A stretch of 64,000 nt of DNA from Octopus vulgaris (Eukaryota), in NCBI GenBank assembly GCA_951406725.2, contig OX597822.1, positions 64,852,001-64,916,000 on the forward strand, given 5' to 3'. Position numbers and translations under genes: made by a program. The first letter of the stretch is position 1. The number at the start of each line of letters is the position of its first letter. Below, in pieces: positions 36,836 through 50,944 of the stretch. The notes beneath the pieces are model-generated. The model was not told where the DNA came from. It ran no database searches and worked only from the letters and a program-made list of their open reading frames with translations.

Positions 36836-37746
36836 ATTCCTTTCAATAATAATAATAATAATAATAACAACAACAGCAACTACAGTAATGAATGCTACTA
36901 TTAAAAAAAATTTACATAATAATTTGCAATTAAAAGTATTGATACAAAAATTTGCAATTAAAAGAAATTAATTCTTCCTTTTGGCTAATAGTCACTATTC
37001 GAATATGTTATAATTAAAAGTCTGAAAGTATTAACTCGAGATAAGAACAGAATAATTCCAGCCTTCAGTGAAATGTTAACCGTAAGTGGAGACCACAAAT
37101 TGAACGAATTAAAATTTATCTATCGCCCGCAATTGCAACCTATTTGGGGACCTACAGGGACAAGTGTTAATCACATGAGCTAAACGGAAAACACGTGAAA
37201 CAAATGCTAGTTGCATTAGTACGTATATCGAATTTCCTATTAACAGGTATAATCATTGGAAAATATGAACATCGTGGCTTATCTCGTTTCCAGAAAGCAA
37301 CAATTGATCAATCAACCATTTAAATTGTTAATTCGGGACGTATATTCTAATTAGATACTTGTTGCAATTAGAGTAGGTTTTCAGGACATAACACAGTCTC
37401 TAACTAAATGAAATAGAAAAAGCATGTGCTGGATCTTTTCAATACGATGTTGCTTCTTATCTTCGGATATTCTTTTTCCTTGTATTTTGCGTCATTTACG
37501 TAATCATTTGACCAAGTAGTGAGAGTGTTGGACTCATCATCATAAGTCACTGTTTCGATTCCTCGTCAAGGTGGTGTGCATTATATCCTTGAGCAAGACT
37601 TTTATTCTCTTCATTTCACATTACACCAAACTACTTTGCTGACAATAGGTTCCCATCCCATATCTCCAACGAAAGAAGCTATTAATAGCTCGTATTTTTA
37701 TACTATGTACATTAGATAATACATATGGATATATATATATATATAT

Positions 37747-38093
37747 AGCAAGGAAAAATTGTAAAAATGCAGAATGCTAGATGGAAAGAAAATTTTAATG
37801 AAATGAGAAATTGAAAAAATATATAAATATATATTTATTCATACCGGTTTTCGTCATAGTGTGACTTATCAAGAATAGTTATGTAACAAAAGTTTTTTAA
37901 AAATGAGAAAGGGGAAAAAAGAAAGTTACATTGTTTTTTGCAAAAGAATAATTATAAATAACTATTCTTGATAAGTCACACTATGACGAAAACCGGTTTG
38001 AATAAATATATATTTATATATTTTTTCAATTTCTCATTTCATTAAAATTTTCTTTCAATCTAGCATTCTGCATTTTTACAATTTTTCCTTGCT
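37747..38093. repeat. Fold-back element with a hammerhead motif in each arm
   Basis: Arms 37747-37882 and 37958-38093 are near-perfect inverses; (TA)n on both sides. Confidence 0.9.
37963..38004 (+). ncRNA. Minimal type-I hammerhead, U3-A8 core
   Basis: UAUUC-UUGAUAA-GUCA(cacua)UGAC-GAAA-ACCGGU-UU-GAAUA. Mirror copy on the minus strand at 37836-37877. Confidence 0.75.
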
Positions 38094-38135
38094 TATCATT
38101 TCTCCACGTGCGGTCAACACAACCCCACCATTTAT

Positions 38136-38178
<43 letters not shown>

Positions 38179-38398
38179 ACTATGAGAGAGAATCCACTAT
38201 ATGGACGCTCTTACGCTAGATATAGATCCGCAAAGGGACTCAACCACTAAGAATTGTTCTCAAGAAATAATTCAACACACCAAGAACGTAAGCGAGCAGG
38301 ACAAATGAAAAATAACGAAAATAAAGATTAACCCCATACAATTATTTTACCGTTAAAAAATTATGTAATTTTACTTACATAAATATCCTCATTTTGAC

Positions 38399-38485
<87 letters not shown>

Positions 38486-38624
38486 TATGTATATATATAT
38501 ATATGTATATATATATATGTATCTATATATATATGTATATATATATGTATATATATATATGTATATATGCATGTATACATACATATATATATATGTATGT
38601 ATAGTCTATCTATCTATTTATCTA

Positions 38625-38660
<36 letters not shown>

Positions 38661-38662
38661 CC

Positions 38663-38895
38663 CATTTCTTTATTACCCACAAGGGGCTAAATATAGAAGG
38701 GACAAACAAGGACAGACATAGGTATTAAGTCGATTACATCGACCCCAGTGCGTAACTGGTACTTAATTTATCGACCCCGAAAGGATGAAAGGTAAAGTCG
38801 ACCTCGGCGGAATTTGAACTCACAACGTAACAGAAGACGAAATACCGCTAAGCATTTCGCCCGACGTGCTAACGTTTCTGCCAGCTCGCCGCCTT
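38663..38895 (-). mobile_element. SINE family A
   Basis: Full head-core-tail match. Confidence 0.9.
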
Positions 38896-39537
38896 ATATA
38901 TATATATACCACACACCTCCACCTCCGTATAACTACCATCGCTTCCATTCCATCACCTTCCACCCCTCCCCGCCAAATACATAGAAAATGGCCCACATAA
39001 CCCAGTCAACCTTCTCATTGGTCAAATTTGGTAAACGACCCTTTGTTAAAAGGCGTTAATGCTATATCGCCCTAATGAAATGGCTGCATGGACATGATCT
39101 ACCCGAAGTCCATGGATACGACAAATTGCGCTGTAATCATCCTAGGAATACGGATTATGATATGAAGATTCGTAATTTGAGGAAACACGCGTAGTGATGC
39201 TTTAAAATATTTATAAATCCCTTCTAAGGATTGATATTGTTATTATAATATTTATCCTACATTGTATCTTTACACCTCGGTACAACACCCTAAAAGCGAG
39301 TATCGCCATTTGGCATCATTGGGGATGTAGCCGGCATAATAGAATAGGAGCTTATTATATATGGATATTCAAAACGTTTCCCATAAACGAACTTAAAGGA
39401 CACATATACACACACACCTACACATTCACACGCAAACGCACACACATAAGCAGACATACGCGCGCCCGAAATGATGCGCACTATGCTATGCATCTATGTA
39501 TCTACCAATCTCGTACGTAAGCTTTCCTTCCATATAC

Positions 39538-39758
39538 CTATTTCTTTATTGCCCACAAGGGGCTAAACATAGAAGGGACAAACAAGGACAGACAAAGGTA
39601 TTAAGTTGATTACACCGACCCCAGTGCGTAACTGGTACTTTATTTATCGAGCCCGAAAGGATGGAAGGCAAAGTCGACCTCGGCGGAATTTGAACTCACA
39701 ACGTAACGGCAGATGAAATACCGCTAAGCATTTCGCCCGGCATCCTAACGTTTCTGCC
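39538..39758 (-). mobile_element. SINE family A
   Basis: Highly similar to 38663-38895. Confidence 0.9.
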
Positions 39759-39840
39759 TATACTCTGCCTATATATCCCTCTCTACCTTTCTGTCTGCTT
39801 CCTTCTCTCTGAGCAAATACTTGAGTATGTGTGTGTGTGT

Positions 39841-39882
<42 letters not shown>

Positions 39883-39890
39883 GTATGTAC

Positions 39891-40005
<115 letters not shown>

Positions 40006-40480
40006 CATATATAAATGCATGAATGTATATATTTATGTAAGTATGTATGTATGTATGTATGAATAAGTATGTGCACGTGTATTTATGTATGTTCTGACAA
40101 TTTATCATTCACACTACAAGAAACGTAACTATGTTCGGTGATATATTTCTTCTGCATTCTTTTACAAAGTCCTCTTTAATTAACATACGGTTAACTAAAT
40201 ACCTCCATGTACTTTCCTTGTGTATAAGAAAGAAGTAGTTTGACGGGTGGCGATACAAAAAGTGGATATGGTCATGCTCCACCCACATTCTGTTTTTTTT
40301 CCTGTCAAGAAATTAAAAGAAAACATTCCGGGAAATGAGAGTTCTTGAAAAGCATGTTGCTTTTAAAAACAGCGACGACGATGATGGCGATGATGATTAT
40401 GGTGATGATGATGATGATGATGATGATGAAGATGATGATGATGATGATGATGATGGTGTGATGAAGATGATGAAAAGGGG

Positions 40481-40516
<36 letters not shown>

Positions 40517-40877
40517 GTCGTCGTCGTCGTCATCATTAATATCGTCATCTTCATCATCATCACCATCACCACCATCGTCGTCGTCGTCGTCGCCATCATC
40601 GGCATCATCAGCATTGTTTTTCTTCTCAAAACAATCAATCTTTCGTTCTTGTATTTGGTTTGCAAGATTCTTTATGCGAATTTGTGTGTTGAAGCATATT
40701 TTATTGTGTCTGGGGAGAGTCATTCTCTTTTAATGTTTCATTAATTTAACACATTAAGACACTAAAAGAGAATGACTCTCCCCAGACACGATAAAGTCAG
40801 TATCTTAATAATGAATTTGCCTTGTGTACCTAAATATACCCTCATACACACGTTTTGTACACTTACATACAGTTGTG

Positions 40878-40925
<48 letters not shown>

Positions 40926-40945
40926 TATAGATATATATACATATA

Positions 40946-41150
40946 TTCTTTTATTCTTTTACATGTTCCAGTTATTTGATTGCGGCCATGATGGAGCAGC
41001 GTCTTTAGTCGTACAAATCGACCCGAGGACTTATTCTTTGTAAGCCTAGTACTTATTCTATCGGTTGTTTTTTGGCAAACCGCTAAGTTATGTGGACGTA
41101 AACTCACCAACATCGGTTGTCAAGAGATTGTGGAGTGACAAACACAACAC

Positions 41151-41190
<40 letters not shown>

Positions 41191-41340
41191 GCCGGGCTTC
41201 TTCCAGTTACCGTCTGCCAGATCCACTCACAAGGTTCTGGTCGGCCCGAGGCTACAGAAGATGACACTTGCCACGCAGTGGGACTGAACCCGGAACCATG
41301 TGATTAGGAGGCAAGCTTCTTACCATATAGCCACGCCTGC
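40946..41340 (-). mobile_element. SINE family B
   Basis: Family-B halves around (TA)n. Confidence 0.85.
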
Positions 41341-42403
41341 GACTATATATATATGCATATTATACAAATAAATATAGATAGTCGTGCACACATGCGCATG
41401 TGTATACGTGTATGCGTACCCGTTTGTGCGTGTGTAGTGTGTATGCGCATGTTCGTATTGATGTTCGTGTCAGTGTTTATGCTTAGGAGTGGAAACAGAC
41501 ATATTATATTGTGTCTCCTTACGTCACAAGCACGATGTAGCGATTCGATATATAAATATCGATATGTACCAAGACTGACATAATTATTTGCGTGAATACT
41601 AGGCGTGTTTCTCTGGTATGGCCACATTCTAATGACTGAAACCACCAAGATAAACCATGCTGATTATCTGATAAACTCCATTGCTTTAATATTGTTACAT
41701 TACCGAATACTATGGCTTGGGATTGCTTTATGTGACATTATTGATAACACTATCGCCCTGTCAATTCTCCTTAAAATTTCCTCTTACCATCTTTATGTTT
41801 CGAGAGGAATAAAAGCAGTTGTCTTTGGCATGGTTTCTTCAGGAATTTAATCATGACATTGCAAGTGAGAGGGGTCAGCCGGCTCAACCAATCACAATTA
41901 TTAATGTTCTTTCTTCCTTTATTTTTTGGCCCATTTTTTTCTTATTTCGTTTTATAGAATAAACATGTCAAGTATGATCCCGATTCCCCAAACTTTAACA
42001 TCAGCCCTTTTTTTTTTTACGTGCTTTCTTTTTCTACGGGAAAGGAATTCAGAAAACTTAACCAAGACAATATATAAGCAAATGCAAAAAAAAAACAAAA
42101 AACAAAAAAAGTGTAAGAAAAAAAATTAAAAGAAAGGCGAATTTTTTTTCAGGCGATACAATTAGTTAAGCGGAAATTGAACTCAGAACCTCATAGATAG
42201 TAGCTGGCCACGTCGCTGACGGGGTCGTATAAGTGATTGATTGTCATGGCATCAGAATATTTTATTGTCTCACATTCCATGTAGATTGTAGATCTTGTAG
42301 ACGCATAACAGTTATTACAATGGTTCTGCTGTCAAACTGTGGGAGCAGTTTGTCTGCGGGGGTGGGTGGCGGATGCAATTACACACGTGTATCAGTTCAT
42401 GTG

Positions 42404-42435
<32 letters not shown>

Positions 42436-42475
42436 TGTATGTATGTATTTATGTATGTATGTGTATATGTATGTG

Positions 42476-42507
<32 letters not shown>

Positions 42508-42686
42508 TGTGTGCGTCTATGTGTATATACTTATGTAAGTATATACACGTAAGTATATGTATATGTACACACACATGCATGCATTCATAAATATATATAG
42601 AGTACATACATACATACACTTGCATAAATATATTATGCGTGTATTTTCGTATGTATATGTATTTACGTATGGATATATGTATATAA

Positions 42687-42733
<47 letters not shown>

Positions 42734-42795
42734 ACATTACATACACATAAGTGCACATATGCCTGCATACATACAAATCTATGTACTTATGCATC

Positions 42796-42847
<52 letters not shown>

Positions 42848-44619
42848 CACACATACGTTTCATTGTTTCCTTACAATATGGCAATACTGTAAACAAAAGG
42901 TAAAGCAGATATGTTTTCACTGAATCAGCGAGTTCGTTTTCTTTTTCCTTGATTGTTAGTATGATGATCACCCGATCGGAATTTCACTGCGAGCGACTGC
43001 CTATATAGATATGCATATACATATAAATACATACATACATATGTTACTCACGCGTATTCACACACAAAGGATCATATATACATAAATTAAGCTGACGGAA
43101 ATAACTGAAGTAGGCCAATGGCTTGAGCCCACATAAGCCGGATAAAAAATGATATGGTGATGTGAGAAACTCCAAACATTCTTGAAGAATTAAAATATCG
43201 CTCTTATTTCGGGAAAGGAAACTAAAAGAAATAAATGAATAAAAAATAAATGAAATAGAATATATGAAAAATAAATAAGATAAAATATATAAGAAATAAA
43301 CGAAATAAAATACACAAAATAAGTAAATGAAATGAAATAAATTAAAAATTCAAGAAGTTGAATTTTTTGTTGTGTAAATAATGTAGATATTAACCTTGAG
43401 GAGAAAATGGATGTTACTTTAACATTTTTTTTTGCTAGTAGATATGGCTGTGTTGTCTGTTTCTTTGAGAGAGGCTGCGTGACTTTTAGGAGGGTGGAAG
43501 ATATCCTCACATCGGCGACCCGAATGTTTGTTACAGCATGCACTCCGCTAAAGTTAATCAGGGTTCCATGTTATTAAATTTGCTCACCAAATAGGGCGTG
43601 CCGGAGTTTGAACGCAGGTCGCAAACAACCGTGACTACCGCAAGGCGTTTGATCCGATGTTAATGAAGTTAGGCTAATCCAAAGTCCGGGTCTGGTGTAT
43701 TTTTATCAACACTAAAAGGGGGAGGGAGGCCATGTTCGTGCTGCGTATTTGCTCACCTTTCTATATATTCAACGTTTCCTTAACAGTTACACGGTGTATC
43801 ACACATCAGGTGTCGAAACGATCGGAGAGCAACGTGAGATAAAGTGTTTTGCTCAAGGACACAACGAACCACCAGTTCTAGGAATTGAACTCACGGTCAC
43901 TAGACCGCGAGTGCAACACCCTAACCAACAGGCCATGCGTCCTCACACATACACACGCATGTACATATACATATGTATATATTCATGTGTGTGTCTTTGT
44001 GTTTGTGTTTGTCCCCCAATCACCGTGTTGGTGTGTTTACGTCCCTGTAACTTAGAGGCCAGCAAGGAGATCGATAGAATAAGTACCAGACTTTAAAAAA
44101 TAAACAAATAAACTGTTTGGGCTTCGATTCATTCAACTAAAAGTTCTTCACGGCGGTGCCCCAGCATGGCCGCAGTTTAACGAATGAAGCAGTTAAAAGA
44201 TAAGCGACAAAAAAATTGTATAGCAGCATAAAGTGCCGTCTTAATAGCAACTGAGGCGTAATTAGCGGCGTCACATCACATTGTTGCAAGTCGTCAATTC
44301 ATCGAATGATTTACAATACATTTTAACAGCATTAATTGAGTGAGATCATGATTCGGAACGTCAGAGGAAAAACAAAACAAGACAAAACAAAAACACATGA
44401 AGAAAATGCATAAAAGAATAAACTTTCTCGTTAGTAAGATTAATGCATCGAATTTGGGTTGTTCGAATTCGGAAGGTTGGTTTGGTGTAATTAGTAGCAC
44501 GTTTGTAAAGGATTACAAAAGAGGTGTGATTCGAGTTTGTAAGGCTGTTCTCACCCTTTGGTTCTAACCTTCTGAGTTTTAACCCAATGAATTATAAGCT
44601 ATTATTTATCACTGTATTA

Positions 44620-45049
44620 AGGTGGTGAGCTGGCAGAATCGTTACCATACCGAGCGAAATGCTTAAAAGGCGGCGAGCTGGCAGAATCGTTGTCCGGTCG
44701 GAATGCTTAGCGTTTTTTCGGCTGCCGTTACGTTCTGAGTTCAAATTTCGCTGACGTCGACTTTGCCTTTCATCCTTTCGCGGTCGATAACTTAAGTACC
44801 GGTTGCACACTGGAGTCGATCTAATCGACTGGCCTTTTTCCCCAAAATATCGGACCTTCTGCCTAGAGTAGAAACGTTAGCACACCGGGCGAAATGCTTA
44901 GTGGTGTGAGTTCAAATTCCGCCGAGGTCGACTATGCCTTTCATCCTTTAGGAGTCGATAAATTAAGTACCAGTTACGTACTGGGGTCGATCTAATCGAC
45001 TGGCCGCCTCCCGCAAAATTCCGGGCCTTGTGCCTCGAACAGAAAAGAA
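44620..45049 (+). mobile_element. Tandem family-A SINEs
   Basis: Two cores and a duplicated head. Confidence 0.85.
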
Positions 45050-45689
45050 TATATCTCTATTTCTGTACGTATATTTGTGTAGTATAATTTATATGTAACT
45101 ACATGGAGTAGAGTCAAAGGTGTTTTAGGAAGCTACTACAAGTACTTTAGAAAGCTGCTACTAAAACGGTGTTTTAGGAAGCTACTACAAGAAATACTCA
45201 GAAGGAAACAGAAGCCAAATAAAATCAACGGCTCAGAGTTTCACTTTATACATCAATATTTCAGCTTTAAAAAATCCTTTATTAAAAGTTAGACCTGATC
45301 AGTATCGATAGGCGCGAGTGAGGAAAGTTGGTTTGTGACATGCGCAGTTTGGTAGGACAATATTATCCAATTAGCATCACGCAAATCACGTCCGTTGTTC
45401 ATATACGGATTTAATTAATACAAATTTCATCACTTAAGCAGCAAGATACAAGATCTGTGTAAAGCTAATTAGCTACTAATGAAGCCGAGAAGATCAGCGC
45501 AACGTTTGTCACATATCCCAATTCCCACACATATATTTGAGCAGATCAAAGCTAAGAATTTATCTTCTCTTTTGAAAGAGGCGTTTTAGTGCCACAATAT
45601 TAAATCGTAAGGTGAATGCCTAAACCGTTCTATATACTTTGAGGTTAATCCTCTACGACTTGCGCTGTAATGGTTATCTAAACCACACG

Positions 45690-45693
45690 CATA

Positions 45694-45767
<74 letters not shown>

Positions 45768-45807
45768 TTCACACATTCACACACATATATTCATATACAT
45801 ACATACG

Positions 45808-45839
<32 letters not shown>

Positions 45840-46045
45840 CAGAAACACACACACACATATATATATAAATATACATATATATCTATGTATACACACACTA
45901 ATACACACATATATCTATATACAAATATATATTTATATATAAGATAAATAATATATATATGCATATATATGTATATATGTATATATGTATTTGTATATAT
46001 GTATATATATCTATCTATATATCTATATCTGTATACATACATACA

Positions 46046-46081
<36 letters not shown>

Positions 46082-46084
46082 TAC

Positions 46085-46115
<31 letters not shown>

Positions 46116-46210
46116 CATATATAGATATACATATACATGTATATATACATATATATATATATACATACATATATATATACATATATATATACATATATAT
46201 ATACATATAC

Positions 46211-46245
<35 letters not shown>

Positions 46246-46250
46246 CACAC

Positions 46251-46316
<66 letters not shown>

Positions 46317-46580
46317 CTACATTATTTGATTGAACTCCACGCATCCATTTCCAAGTAAGTTTATCATTATATATATATACACATGCATATACATAAAATA
46401 TATATATGTGTGTGTTTGTGTATATTTATCTATCCATCTATTGATATATATATATATATGCATATACGCATATATATTTGTATACAGGAACACACACGAA
46501 AACACACGCACGAACATACACACGGACACCCACCCATACACACACATATATATGTGTGTATATATATATAACATACATAA
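45690..46580. repeat. Compound (CA)n/(TA)n/(TACA)n low-complexity tract
   Basis: Direct reading. Confidence 0.95.
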
Positions 46581-46964
46581 ACACAAGCCATACATATGCC
46601 GCAGATTTTGACGAATGTAATTTAGATACCTGTGCTATTATTGAGACAGGGTTAAGTGGATTGGATGGGGTCAGATTGAAAGATGGAAAAGCACTTATTC
46701 ACATGGAACAGATGAAGGACTATACCATTAGAGAATGCGATTATTAATGAGTAAATAAAGTGCTGAAGCACTTAACTCAATTAAAAGGAGGATTTTGTAT
46801 AGCTTGTATCAGGTTTATACATAGAAATGTTTGTTGAATTGTATACTAACCGTCCACAAATATCAGACGATAAGAAAATAGCGTCAAGAGGTATCTAGTA
46901 AAAGAGCAGAAAATGATTTGTTGTTGAGGTTAAGAGGCTTCAATATTCAAACGGATAAAGTCGA

Positions 46965-49900
46965 CGACCTAGCAGGAACGTTAGCACGCCAGGCGAAATA
47001 CTAAGCGGTATTTTTGTCTGTCTTTACGTTCTGAGTTCAAATTCCGCCGAGGTTGACTTTGCCTTTCATCCTTTCGCGTTCGATAAATTAAGTACCAGTT
47101 GCGTACTTGGTTCGTTCTAATCGACTGGCCCCCACCTCACCAAAAATTTCGGGCCTTGTGCCTAGAGTAAAAAAGAATATTTCTCCGAATTTACCTACCA
47201 AATTTTAGGATTGGTTTTCAACTAATTGCTACAATCCCACTATCGTAATTTTATAACAACTATATCGTCCTACCTTCTAAACTTTTAGGAAAAGACATGT
47301 ATATTTTCGTAACTCCACCACCATGCAAAATTTGCTTAATGTACAGCTTTAGATCGTATTTGATTTAATATTAGTATTTAATCAAGGTGGCAGAAACGGT
47401 AGCACGCCGGGCGAAATGCTTAGCAGTATATCGTCCGCCGCTACGTTCTGAGCTCAAATTCCGCCGAGGTCGACTTTGCCTTTCATCCTTTCGAGGTCGA
47501 TAAATTAAGTACCAGTTACGCACTGGGATCGATGTAATCGACTTAATCCGTTTGTCTGTCCTTGTTTGTCCTCTCTGTGTCTAGCCCCTTCTGGGTAGTA
47601 AAGAAATAGGTATTTCGTCTGTCTTTACGTGCTGAGTTCAAATTTCGCCGGGGTCGACTTTGCCTTTTATCCTTTCCGGGTGGATAAATTATGTACCATT
47701 TACGTATTGGGGTCGATCTAAACGATTGCCCTACTTCCCCATGATTTCGGGCCTTGTGCCTAGAGTAGAAAAGTATATTCAATATAATTGGTAATGATGG
47801 CTTTTTTTCCCCTCACTGTATTGGTACACGAGGAAAAGGGAATTGAAAATGGATTATTGCTAGATTCTGAACAGCAAAAATTTACCAGTTTCCGACTAAT
47901 AACTCATATGCATTTACTTGTTTCAGTCATGTGACTGTGGCCATGCTGGAGCACCGCCTTTAGTCGGGCAAATCGACCCCAGACCTTATTCTTTGTAAGC
48001 CTATTACTTATTCTACCGTTTTCTTTTGCCGAACCGCTAAGTTACGGAGACGTAAACACACCAACATCGGTTGTCAAGTGAGGTTGGGGGGACAAATACA
48101 GACACACAAACATACATATACATACATACATATATACGATGGACTTTCAGTTTCCGTCTACCAAATCCACTCACAAGACTGGTCGGTCCGAGGCTATTAT
48201 AGAAGACTCTTGCTCAAAGTGCCACGCAGTGGGACTGAACCCAGATTCATGTGGTTGGTAAGCAAGCTACTTACCACACAGCCCCTTTTTCTTTTCTTCG
48301 TTTCAGTACTGAAAGAAATTCGTACTTCATAAAAAGGGATGCGTCAAAATCAAACATGATAAAGAGAAGTAAATGTTAATCCGGTCTCTAATCCGGTTAA
48401 TCCGGTCTCAACGAGGATAAAGAAAATAGTTGTTAATTGAAGCGATGCCGAAAATATATCAAATGCATGTAGAAATTGTCGGAGCCCCACCAAACTAGAC
48501 ACCTGAGAAATATCACTTTGGTTGCCGGTTGCCCGCACCCAAAATTATGAAAGCATGAAAACGCACAGACTACGAGAAAGGAACTGGTCCGCAATGTCCA
48601 GTAACCAGTAACAACCAGAAGCAAACATGACTCACTGTCACGCATATACAAACACACCCGCCAATACAATGACACATATACATGGTGTGTGTACGGCAGC
48701 GAGCTGACTGAGTCGTTAGTACGCCGGGCGAAATGCGTAGCCGTAGTTCGTCTGCCGTTACGTTCTGAGTTCAAATTGCCGTTACGTTCTGAGTTCAAAT
48801 TGCCTTTCATCCTTTCGAGATCGATTAAATAAGTACCAGTTAGGCACTGGAGTCGATGTAATCGACTTAATCCGTTTGTCTGTCCTTGTTTGTCCTCTCT
48901 GTGTTTAGCCCCTTGTCGGTAGTAAAGAAGTAGGTATTTCGTCTACCATTACGTTCTGAGTTCAAATTCCGCCGAGTTCGACTTTGCCTTTCATCCTTTC
49001 GGAGTCGATTAAATAAGTACCAGTTATGCACTGGGGTCGGTCTAATCGACTTAATCCGTATGTCTGTCCTTGTTTGTCCTGATTGTGTTTAGCCCCTTGT
49101 GGGTAGTAAATAGATAGGTATTTTTGTCTGACTATGTTCTGAGTTCAAATTCCGCCGATATCGACTTTGCTTTCCAACCTTTCGCGTTCGATAAATTAAG
49201 TACCAGTTGCGTACTGGGGGCGATCTAATCGACTGGCCCCTCCCCGCGATTTTTTAGCCTTGTACCTAGAGTAGAAAGGACTATATCTCCGAATTTGTCT
49301 TTTAAAGTTTAGGATTGGTTTTCAACTAATTACTACAATCCTACAATCGTGATTTTAAAGCAAATATATCGTCCTATATTCTAAACTTTTAGGAAAGTCC
49401 TGTATATTCTCATAACTCCACCCCCATGTAAAATTTGCTTAATTTGCATTATTATTTGAATTAATGTTATTCCTCAAGTAAGGCGGCGAGCTGGTAGAAA
49501 CGTTAGTATGCCGGGTAAAATACTTAGCACTATTTCGTCTGTCTTTACGTGCTGAATTCAAATTCTGCCAAGGTCGACTTTGCCTTTTGTCCTTTCGGTG
49601 TCGATTTAATAAGTACCAGTTACATACTGAGGTAGATATAATTGAGTTTATCCGTTTGTTTGTTCTTGTTTGTCCACTCTATGGGTAGCCCCTTGTGGGC
49701 AGTAAAGAAATAAGAAACGTTTGCACGCTAGGCTAAATGCCTAGTGGCATGTTATCTGTCTTTTACGTTCTGAGTTCAAATTCCGCCGAGGTCGACTTTG
49801 CCTTTCATCCTGTCGGAGTCGATTAGATAAGCAACAGTCACACCCTGGGATCGATATAATCGACTTAGTTCCTTTGTCTGTCCTTGTGTGTCCCGTTTGT

Positions 49901-50872
49901 GTTTAGCCCCTTGTGGGCAATAAAGAAATATGAAGCATGGGCACGCCGGACGAAATGCGTAGCTGTATTTTGTGTCTTTATGTTCTGAGTTCAAATTCCG
50001 CCAAGGTCGGTTTTGCCTTTCATCCTCTCGGGGTCAACAAATTAAGTACCAGTTCCGTACTGGCATCGTTCTAATCGACTGCCCCCACTAAATTTCTGGC
50101 CTTGTACCTTGAGTAGGAAAGAATATTTCTCCGAATTTACCTTCCAAAGTTCAGGATTGGTTTTTCAACTAATTACTACAATCCCACAATCGCAATTTTA
50201 TGACAAATATATCGTCCTATATTCTAAACTTTTAGGAAAGTCTTGTATATTTTCGTAACTCTACCACCATGCAAAATTTGCTTAATTTGCAGCTTTAGAT
50301 CGTATTTAATTTAATATTAGTCTTTAAGCAAGGTTGCAGAAACGGTAGCACGCTCGGCGAAATGCTTAGCAGTATTTCGTCTGTCTCTACACGCTGAGTT
50401 CAAATTCCGCCGAGGTCGACTTTCCCCCTTTTATCCTTTCGTGGTGGAGAAATTAAGTACCATTTACGTATTGGGGTCGATCTAATCAATAGCCCTACTT
50501 CCCCATAATTTCGGGCCTTGTGCCTAGTATAGAAAGGTATATTCAATATAATTGGTAGTGAAGGCTTTTCCCCCTTCCCTGTATAGGTAAACAAGGAAAA
50601 TGGAATTGAATATGGATTATTGCTAGATTCTGAACAGCAAAAATTAACCAGTTTCCGAGTAATAACTAATACTCTTTTACTTGTTTCAGTCATGTGACTG
50701 TGGCCATGCTGGAGCCCCGCCTTTAGTCGGGCAAATCGACTCCAGGACTTATTCTTTGTAAGCCTATTACTTATTCTACCATTTTCTTTTGCCGAACCGC
50801 TAAGTTATGGAGACGTAAACACACCAGCGTCGGTTGTCAAGTGATGTTGGGGGGACAAACACAGACACACAA

Positions 50873-50944
<72 letters not shown>

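Noticed and set aside
42850-42885. Minus-strand ATTGT..ACAAT-GAAACGTA hammerhead half
   Set aside because: The CUGANGA-type core is absent.
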